Assembly: GCA_028023455.1 (NCBI GenBank)
Contig: JAQFVV010000003.1
Coordinates: forward strand, 7,502,001 to 7,566,000
Reading direction: 5' to 3'
DNA: 64,000 nt
From: Epiperipatus broadwayi
Lineage: Eukaryota; Animalia; Onychophora
The notes under the pieces are model-generated. The model had not been told where the DNA came from. It saw nothing but the letters and a program-made list of their open reading frames with translations, and searched no databases. The position numbers were made by a program, and so were the translations under genes. Each line of letters begins with the position of its first letter. Within the stretch, counting starts at the first letter, position 1. Positions 41,515 to 51,883 of the stretch are shown here, in pieces.

Positions 41515-42665
41515 GTAAGTTTTATTTATTTATTTATTTATTATGTTGTATAGATTTTATTGTTGTTGTTTTGTTGGCATTTGTATGCAATTATATTTTG
41601 CTCAGGAGGTTGTGGAATAGTTGAGCACTAATAATGAAAGGTTGAGCTTTGATTCAGAAACTATTAGCTCTTCAATTTTTCCATTTTATCTAGGTGCTAA
41701 ACTATAAAGGCCTTATTACTCCTCATTTAATTACTGCATATATATAATAGTAGAGTAATAAACTTTCTTATTTAATTAAATATAAAATTAAGGATGCTTT
41801 GTAATTGTTAATTAATGAAAAGGTAACTAATTAAATGCAAATGATTTTGTAATATCTGTATACTTGTAATTTCATAATGGCTTAATAATAGGTATCTTAG
41901 TGCTCTGTGCTTTAATTACTATTTCTATAACCAGTTTCTAATTGATGGTGTACAATATGTATTAAATTCTGTATCTGCTTTAACATCTAAGAATGCCAAT
42001 TTTTTTTTTTTTTTTTATTCTATTGTGAATTTAATTGAAGAGAACATGTTGATATGTGTCCAGAATGCTTGTAAAGTATCTAATTTTTTTATGTATTTGG
42101 AATATTGCTTTAAAATATGCACATTTGAGATAAGATATGCTATCTTTATATATTGTAATGATCAGTGATGGCATGGGGTAGGTGCGTAAATATAGTTGAT
42201 AGCGAAATGATTTAACTGTGTAATTAACTTTCTGAAGTAAAACTGAGGGATCTAAATTTTGTATTGAGTAATATAATAATATTATGGTTATCATGGATCT
42301 TTTAAACCTCCGTCACTCATACTATATATCTAGATTCATCCTTATAGTTCCAAGCTAAATCGAGAATCATTATCAGAAACATAATATATATATATAATGA
42401 ACTTAATCCAGCTTGTGTTATATTGTTCACATTCAATAGACTCCCTTATGTGTTTCACCTCTGTATGTAGATTCATAAATATGGTTATGGTGGAAGTAAA
42501 TTCAGTTGTATTTGTCTTGCATAACCTACATATTGTTAATAAAGAAATCATATACAGAAATATACAAATAACAAATGATTTATGTAAAATCAAATAATAA
42601 ACAGTGAATAAATGAATGGCTTTATTGCTCAAGAATTCATAAGTACTTTGAGCATCTGAAGTCAC

Positions 42666-42856
42666 AGAACAGGATGTGATTCATGGAGTTCCAGAGTCTG
42701 ATACTCTACTACTGCACCAAACCATACAGGGAAAAATAATTGAATGTCTTTATTGTTTGGAAGATTATAAGTTCAAATGCAAAAAACCAGAACAGGAATC
42801 TATTTAAGTTCCTTATGCTCCAGAGTCTGATACTCTATTACTGTACTAAACCACGC
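42666..42856 (-). mobile_element. Two tandem tRNA-derived SINE head fragments (~42666-42728 and ~42789-42856)
   Basis: Both contain agaacagga...tccagagtctgatactcta.tactg.ac.aaacca. Same family as 12.5 kb and 44.2 kb. Confidence 0.55.
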
Positions 42857-44160
42857 AAGGCATAATAAACAATAATATAATCATAATGACATTAACTTCA
42901 TTATTTAACATTACTTCCTTCTCCCTCCTTATCTCATAGAGTTATTAACAATTATTCCATGTGCATTTAATTCAAACAATTATTATTCACTGTGTGTGAT
43001 AATAAAGATAACCAATATCATATGCCTTATATCAATATGAAGTTATATAAAAAAAATTTAACTACTTATTAATACATTTATTTGGGTTACATTAGCTTGT
43101 ATCTCATTCATTTTCACTAGAGAGATATTGAATTATAATAAATATTTATATAATTAATAAATTAAACGTATTATTAATTTTGTGTATTTGGGAGAAAACA
43201 TTGGAAATATTGAGGACCTTTTCCAAAGGCAATGAAAAATGCATTAAGATGATAATATTTACATTATTGTTCCCAATATATATGGTAGTAGTATTATATT
43301 AATTTATTAAATTTCAGTGGTAGAGTTATCTTAATTATTTATTTAATTAATTATATATTTCTGTCAACAATCTAATTGCTAATAATATATTGGTGATAAA
43401 TGTTTCATAGAATCATTGTTTATGTTATATGTATTTAAATGTTATTTTCATTGATTTTTTTCATCATATTGTAAATTGCATTTATCTCATATAATAATAT
43501 TATATACAGTAATAGCATGAAATGATTACTTTAAGATTAATACTCTTCATTTATTTAATAAATTGCAAAGCAAATAATCCTGGTAAATTTCCAAGAGAAT
43601 GATAATATCAAATGCAGCTAAATATATAGACTTGAGAAGATAAAGATATTTTCAGGTTTTATTAACTAATAATGTAGATTTATAACCCTGACTCACTTAT
43701 CATCATCAACAAATTCAATGTTCATGGGATTTTGTGTTGATTATGCAATATTCACTATACTTCACTAACATTAATATTTATATATATATATGAAGTTTTA
43801 AGTGGGATTACTTTCTGCTATATCTGGCTTATCCATTATAATATAATAAAAAAATATATGAACAGATTCAGGTATTATGTGTTGATAGGCATGTTTACCA
43901 CCTTCAACTTTGCCCTTAAAATATTTCACTAAAATATAGTCTATATTATCTTTTTACAATGCCATCAATAAACTTTCATTCTCTTGATTAAGGGTATTTA
44001 CATAAATAATTTAAATACTCTTTTCTAAATAACACTTTAATTGGTCTAGATTAAATTTTATTTATCCTAATATTAACTTTTTTTCAGATATATAACAATT
44101 CCTAATATTGTATTTTCAGACATTTAAATGGATTATTTACCATGTATATTGATGTGCTGA

Positions 44161-44230
44161 CTGTGGATTAATGTAGTGTTAAGAGTGTCGGATTCTGGAG
44201 TGTAAGGTCTGTGGATCAATTCCAGTTCTA
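44161..44230 (+). mobile_element. tRNA-derived SINE head
   Basis: tggattaatgtagtg (A-box-like), gagtgtcggattctggagtgtaagg, ggatcaattcc (B-box-like). No intact tRNA cloverleaf. Confidence 0.55.
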
Positions 44231-45531
44231 ACATATTCACTGCTCAAAGCTCTTATTAACTTTTGATCAATAAAGCCATTTAATTATTTTTTTAATTCTA
44301 AAATAATAATATTTATATAAATAATTATTTATAGTAATTATATTACCCATGAGTTTAAATCAATTTCTACTTGATAGGCATCTATATGAGAGGTAATATA
44401 TGGTTATGCTGAATTTGTACCCAATGTCTGTATACAATTTAATGAAAAAGTTTAGTATAAAAAAAAAAAAAAGATAATCATATTTTAACAAATTTATAAT
44501 TGATCTTTTGAGTGATTGTTAATTAATAAGATGTATGTCATGCTCTCAAGGCTATGACATTATCAAAATTTAAAATAGCATTGCAAATATATGTAGTTAT
44601 AATTTATACCTAAAGACTAATCTTTCCTTAAAAGCAAAGTGTTTATGTGACAATGATATTATGACTTATTTGAATTTTTTTTTTTTTTAATCAAAGATTA
44701 TATTTGTTTATATGTGTAATTGATATTCACATGTAGTTAAATCATGAATTTCACTGATAATTCATTTGTCCTGTGCTGATTGAATAGCACTATTAATCTA
44801 CTGTAAATCTTTTACCTATATTAGCAATGGGATTCTGGAAATCTTTCATCAGCATTAATGATTACTTTTCAAATCTAATTTTAGTATATTCCTTTTTATG
44901 AAACATTTGACAGTATTTGTACATTCATCTGGAAAAAGAAGTAGTAAGTCTTACTAACTAATAAAGATCAAACATTTTTTAAAATATCATTTATTTAATA
45001 ATTTGGAACTTGATCTCGACAAAATTTTTAATCAAAGAGAGAAAAATGTATCCCAACAATTCGCTCCTATATATTTACAATTATATATTCATATCTATTC
45101 TGTAACATTACATAGTCTAGAGAAAGATAGTGATGTAGCATATATGATTATATATATTTAGTGTATATAAAAATTATACTATAATTCTGTTAAGTTATTC
45201 ACTAATTTAAGTTTCCTTTATGAAATGTTCTTTAAGAATTTGGTATGTTGTGTTTATTTATTCATATAGCAAACTGTCTGACTTATCATCTTCCTTTTTT
45301 CCCATATGCATTATTTGCAAATGCTATTTCCCTTTGCTTATTTTGAAACTCTTTAATTATTATAATCTCTCCCTTCCTTATATAATTTTTTTATAACTCT
45401 GTGTTATTTGATCAGTATTAATTAAATTTTAGACATATAAAATATACTGTTAAATTATTTTAATATATGTATATATAGAGAGAGATTGAAAGAGAGAGAA
45501 AAAGGTTTAAATATTTTATAATCCAATATAG

Positions 45532-47248
45532 TGTAACGGGCACCTACGCCGTTACATTATTTTTTTTATTAAACATGAAATTAAAATAAAAAGTTCGCAT
45601 TTAAAAACTTCTTTTTTTTTTAAGACATAAAAATTGAAAATTAATTCTATCTTAAACTCGTATATATATATATAATTGCACAGATGTAAAAAATTATTAA
45701 AATAAAACTTTATTAAAAATAGAAAAAGTATTTTAAAAGCAAAAACTTAAAAAGATTTAGAGATAAAAATATATCTTTAAGTTTGCAAAATAATTTAATT
45801 AATTCTATTGTATAAAATGGAAATGATTAATTTTAATTAGTAAAAGTAAACCAGCCCTTGGGCATTTCAAAATGCATAAGCAAAGATCAGATAGAAGAGG
45901 AAAAACAATAGGAACAGAATGGCCAATGAAAGAAATCCATCGGGGAATCGGACCTCAATGGAAGGACCATCATCATCGATGACGTAATGTCCATTGGATC
46001 CGAAAGTTACATGTAAAAGAAAAAGTTTGGAAATAAATTTTTAGTGAGTAAAGAAAGAGCTGGGAGAGAAGAGATGTGACTATATGTGTTAGTGTGGAGA
46101 GAGTTGAAGGAGAAGGGATTGAAAAGACACACTCTTCAATCCCTTCAGTTTTGTTAAAAGGAAAAAGAAATGACATTGTTTTTCCTACATTGAGGACTAC
46201 AGGACATCGGGGGAATTAACGCTGGCTCCAAATGACAAGCAACTGCAAGAAATTAGAAACTACGGACTTGTTAAAATCGTAAGAACTTTATGAAATCTAA
46301 TAAACATTAATTAATTTGAAAACACTAAAAACTCTAAAATATAAATTTTCCCAGTATTTAATTTATAGAAATAGAATCCTATCTGACCAACTTAATTTGT
46401 TAATAAGTAATTATATTTGATATATTTCTTTTTTAAAATCATTTCCATTTATTTATTTTTTTGTTCTTTTAAGTTTTTATTACGATTTTTTTGTTTTTCG
46501 TTAAACTAAATTGTATAAATGATTTAAATGCATTAAATTTAAGTTGGGTATAGATGCTTGCATAGATTCGTTATCGGTTAATTATGTTTTTGGTTTTCAT
46601 ATTTGATCAAAATGTATAGACATTCGGTAAATAATGATACCTTACGGTGAATATCTAAAATGTATTTATTCGGATGTCTTTTAAGTTATTGGTGTCAATG
46701 CGGCATCTTATGATGAATGCCATTGGGTTTCTTATAAATTTCCCTCTGCAATTCCATCAATGACTTTATATTTTGATCGTTTATGTTTATTTTGAAATGT
46801 TTTTAACCATGTAATCTATGTAACCGATCTATACTCAACATTATAAAACAAACTTTTATAAATCCATCTGTGCGAACTTATAAAAATTAAAATGTAAATT
46901 AAAATCTAAAATCAAAGTTAAAAATGTAAGTTAAATTTTTAAATGTAAAACTGATACTAAAATAATTTTAAATCTTATATATGTTTAAATAAATGTTTGT
47001 ATGTTATTTCTGGCAGTGGTTTCCTTTATATTGAAAATGTTTTTAGATAAGGATTATTTTATTATCTCTGTGTCTCCACTGAGCTAGTGACAATGGGCTA
47101 ACGGTCAGAATCAAAATATATAAAATAAATTTTTTTTTTTACTTAACTTATGTATCTGCCTACTAAATAAATTTTCTAGGTTCAAATGGCCTAGTGGCGC
47201 CCTCGTAGTGCAGATATGTTAAGACTCCCCTTCACCCCGATCGTTATA
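45532..47248 (+). mobile_element. Solo-LTR-like element, copy A (1717 bp)
   Basis: Termini TGTAACG...CGTTATA, flanked by 4-bp TSD ATAG (45528-45531 and 47249-47252). Non-coding. Homologous end to end with copy B. Confidence 0.8.
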
Positions 47249-47607
47249 ATAGGAATAAGAACATTAATTAAATCAAATTTTTTTATTATCTGGAGAAAAA
47301 CTTCCATCAAATTCATGATCAAATAAAAAATATATAATGAAATATGAACAAATCCATAATTCAACCAAATGAAAAATTTTTTTGTCAAAAGTAAAGTTGA
47401 CATACATTTAAAAATGGTGAAATGTTGCATCTGCTTACTACCTTTTTTTGTATGAATGTTAATCCTGGACAATTAAAAAGGATTTTATAGGAAATTAGAA
47501 GTTTTTTAATGATCAGTAAAATATTTGAGAATAAATAGATAGTCTGAATGATGACATAGAGTACGCTATTATTACAGATCTCTTGTTGCACACAAATATA
47601 TATATAT

Positions 47608-47976
47608 TCAAAATTACTCCAAATTCAAAACACAACCAAACTAGCCAAGAAAATAAAATCTACAACACAACCAATGATTTCACTGCTATAATCAGATTTC
47701 TCAAGTGTAAAGAACTACAAAACAACAACATATTTATATTAATACTCACAATTCCATTTACTTTCTATCCATCCTTAATATTAAAAGAACTTTTAAATAA
47801 GTTAATATTAAGGGTGGATGGGAGGTAAGTGGAATTGTAGGGATTATTATTAATATGTTGTTGTTTTGTAGTTCTTTACACTTGAGATCTGCTTGTAGCA
47901 GTGAAACCATTGGTTGTGTTGTAGATTTTTTTTTCTTGGCTAGTTTGGTTGAGTTTTGGATTTGGGGTAATTTTGA
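47608..47976. repeat. Palindrome, arms ~47608-47784 and ~47802-47976
   Basis: tctcaagtgtaaagaactacaaaacaacaacatatt is mirrored by aatatgttgttgttttgtagttctttacacttgaga. The spacer is only ~17 nt. Confidence 0.92.
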
Positions 47977-49268
47977 TTATTTATTGACTAGTTTAGCTTT
48001 ATGCTTTTAATGTTTATATATATATTGTACTGGGATGGGGTATCAAAAGTGGAAGGTACATGGGGTGATGGAAAATCATCATCACTCCCAGTCAATTTAA
48101 AATGCAAAATCAAGAATTTACAAAATATATATAAGTAAGATATATTTAAGGTGAGCATGAAATAAAGAGATTTCAGAGAGATCATTGGGAGATCAACCAG
48201 TCACTCCTCAGAGCAATTATGATAACTATATATCAATCATATATCAACCAGCATTATAATTAAAAAAAAAATAAGTACAAGTAAATAATCATCATCATTG
48301 ATGGGAATAAACAAATCAGTAGTCAATCTTGTAACTGGATCGGAAATGGGTCTTCTGAAAACCAGGCTAACTATTGAGCCTTTGCCAGCTTGGGCATTTA
48401 TTTAAACATTAACTCAGAGGCACAAACTAAGTGCTTTTCCATCAAAATACATAACCAGAAAAATCTAAACAATAATGCTGGGATATTAAAACATGCTAAT
48501 CATCATCAATGCTCAGGCCACCTTTACTGGCCAACTATAAACTTAACTTTTAATAAGACTAAAGTAAAATAAAAGATAGTGCATGAAGTATTCTCTTTTT
48601 TGCCAACCAGGATGATGAGATTGATCATCTCTGGATGCCCAAAAGCACTAAATACCCATCCCCATTTATATATTCATCCCGTGCACGAATCTAGCTCAAA
48701 GAACACAAGCTCTATTACTGATGTGACCAAGAGATGATGGAAACAATTTTTAACAATTGAATATGTTTAAAGTCTTATAAGATAAGGTTCTGATTTTGAA
48801 AAGTATACAAAATTATATACACAACTAAAAATTTTACCTTGATTTACAATATTTTTTAATAAGTATCTATAAATGCATACATATATCTATGCACAGACAT
48901 GCATTTTATAATACATAATGAAAACATTTCAATTAACATAAAATAATTACAAAAAATGATTATAATTTGCATATATGTCCTATTTGACAAGCATTGACAT
49001 ATATGTGCACACATAAACATGTAGTACAATTGACTTATATTACAATCGTCATATAAAATAATAAATACATGATTAACCTTTTACAGTTGTATATAAAAAA
49101 AATACTATAAATATTTAAATATTTACATATGTGTGCGTGTATTCGCACACTGACATCCATGCCGCGAGATGGCGCGATTTATGTGCTAAATATATAAAAA
49201 TGCCGTTTACGCGGCCGACATTTTGCAGCCCTGTTTATGTGTAATTCAACAATTCTGTTGAAATACAC

Positions 49269-51350
49269 TATAATGATCCGGAGAAGCTTGACTTAACGTC
49301 ATCTGCACTACAGGGCGCCATCTAGGCATTTGAACCTAGAAAAATTTATAAAGTAGGCAGATACGTAAGTCAAAAAAAAAAAATTTTTATTTTTATTTTA
49401 TATATTTTGATATCCGGACGTTAGCCCGTTGTTACTAGCTCAGTGGAATAGCATTTTAAAAAAAGAATAAAATAAGCCACTGCCAGTAATTAACATACAA
49501 ACATTTATTTACGCATATATATATAAAATCTAACATTATTATTTTAGCATGTTTACTTTAACATTTAACATTATTTTTAACTTTTATTTTAGATTTTAAT
49601 TTACATTTTAATTTTTATACTATTATAAGTTCGCACAGATGGGTTTATAAAAGTTTGTTTTAAAATGTTGAGTATAGATCGGTTACATAGATTACACGGT
49701 CAAAAAACATTTCAAAATAAACATAAACGATCAAAATACAAAGTCATTGATACCGTCAATTGCATAGGGAATACAAGAAACCCAATGATATTCATCATAA
49801 GATATCGCAGAGACACCAATAACTTAAAAGACATCCGAATAAATACATTTTAGATACTCACCGTAAGGTATCATTATTTACCGAATGCCTATATATTTTG
49901 ATCAAATATGAAAACCAAAAACATAATTAACCGATAACGAATCCATGCAACTTCCATACCCAACTTAAATTTAATGTATTTTTATTTAGAGTGTCAAGTA
50001 TGAATAGACTGCATAGATTTGCATTTGAAAGAAAATATTCTATCCTTATTTAACCTTAGGCCAAAAGTTCGCAGTCAAACTAACGTCAATTCATCTGATA
50101 TATCGATGCATTCAATGTAATACGAAATACGGCAGCACAAAAGGTTAAGAGAAGAAATTGCCTCTCATCAGATAGGAATATGACATCTATCTGACAAGAA
50201 GAACAATAAAAAAAAACTCCATAGGAAAGGACTGTGGCCATTTTGCCGACTTACGAATCGCATTCCATAGGCCAAAAAGGAAGTGTGCGGCGTATAAAGC
50301 GATTCTGCCCGTAGCGAACCTCATACTATATCTACTAATTACACCAATATATCCAATCCATTGACCCAATTTAACTACGAAACAAATAACCTAAGATTAC
50401 CCTCCCCTAATATAACTTTACAAATCTATATAGTCATTCACGCCCGACTTAAGTTTAACATTTATATAATTTAATTTATCGCATGACAAAAATCATAAAC
50501 AAACTTAAAGAACAAAAAAAAATAAATGGAAATGATTTTAAAAAGAAATACATCAAATAAAAAAGAATTAATAACGAATTTAGTTTGGTCAGATAGAATT
50601 CTATTTCTATAAATTAAATACTAGGAAAGTTTACATTTTAAAGTTCTTAGTGTTTTCAAATTAATATTGTTCATTAGATTTTATAAAGTTCTTATGGTTT
50701 TAACAAGTCCGTAGTTTCTAATTTCTTGCAGTTGCTTGCCATTTGGAGCCAGCGTTAATTCCCTCGATGTCCTATGGTCCTCAATCTAGGAAAACGATGT
50801 CATTTCTCTTTCATTTTTTTAACGAGATTGAAGGGATTGAAGAGTGCGTCTTTTCAATCCCTTCTCCTTCACTCCACACTAAAACATATCTGCCCTCTTG
50901 TAATAACTAACTAATAATTTCCAAACTTTTCCTTTTATATTAATTTTAAGGATTCAATTGACTTTACGTCATCGATGTGATGGTCTTTTTGCTGAGGTCC
51001 GATTCCATTGTTTTTCTCTCCTATCTGACCTTTGCTTATACATTTTAAATGCCCAAGGGTAGTTTACATTTAACTAATTAAAACAATCATTTCCATTTTC
51101 TGATTAATTAATGTGTTTTCCAAACTTAAAGATATATTTTTATCTTTAAATCTTTACTGACAATTTAATTTTAAAATACTTTTTTCTTTTTTTTTTTAAC
51201 AGTTTTATTTTAATAATTTTTTTCATACGAGTTTAAGACATTTAATTTCAATTTTTTAATTCTTTAAAAAAAAAAGTTTTATTTGCGAACTTTTATTTTT
51301 TTCATGTTTAATAATAAAAAACAATGTAACGTACATATGTGCCCGTTACA
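49269..51350 (-). mobile_element. Solo-LTR-like element, copy B (2082 bp), opposite orientation to copy A
   Basis: Minus-strand termini TGTAACG...CATTATA, flanked by 4-bp TSD ACAC (49265-49268 and 51351-51354). Carries a segment (~49980-50480) largely missing from copy A. Confidence 0.8.
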
Positions 51351-51562
51351 ACACATTACAGACCACTTTGTTGCATCGCAGTAAATTATTTATGCTGAAA
51401 AAAAGCGGCATTCCAAAAAAAGCCTACTAAGTTTAAAGTTCATCACATGACCATCTCCTCTTATGCTTATGTATATATTGCCACACACAGGAAGCTAGAG
51501 TAATCAATGGATGCCAGAAGGCTTCTGCATAAAATCCCCATCTAGTGCCTACTCATCCAATA

Positions 51563-51604
51563 TTCCCAGACTAGTTTCTGGCTTATGGCCTTCATCAGTG
51601 AGGA
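51563..51604 (-). ncRNA. Minimal type I hammerhead ribozyme motif (left arm)
   Basis: Reverse complement reads tcctca-CTGATGA-aggc-cataa-gcca-GAAAC-TA-GTC-tgggaa. Confidence 0.65.
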
Positions 51605-51841
51605 GCCTTGGATCTGAGAGCACTGCATCTAGATCTTAGGATCTAATGCAACCCTCCAGAAACCACCTTTTATCTTCATTTAACATATATGACTATATAA
51701 GCTAATGGGCTTGGATTGAAAACATTAAGGTGTTTTCAATTTAAAACTCAATAGTTTTGTAGTTAAATGAAGATAAAACATGGTTGCTGGAGGGTTGCAT
51801 TAGATCCTAAGATCTAGATGCAGTGCTCTCAGATCCAAGAC

Positions 51842-51883
51842 TCCTCACTGATGAAGGCCATAAGCCAGAAACTAGTCTGGGGA
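51842..51883 (+). ncRNA. Minimal type I hammerhead ribozyme motif (right arm)
   Basis: tcctca-CTGATGA-aggc-cataa-gcca-GAAAC-TA-GTC-tgggga. Helix I has 6 bp (one G-U), helix II is GGC/GCC with an A.A mismatch at 10.1/11.1, helix III is the palindrome ACTAGT. Predicted cut after C51877. Confidence 0.72.

Noticed and set aside
45532-51350. A single fold-back transposon with 1.7-kb TIRs
   Set aside because: The outer flanks (ATAG and ACAC) do not match each other, while each copy has its own 4-bp TSD.
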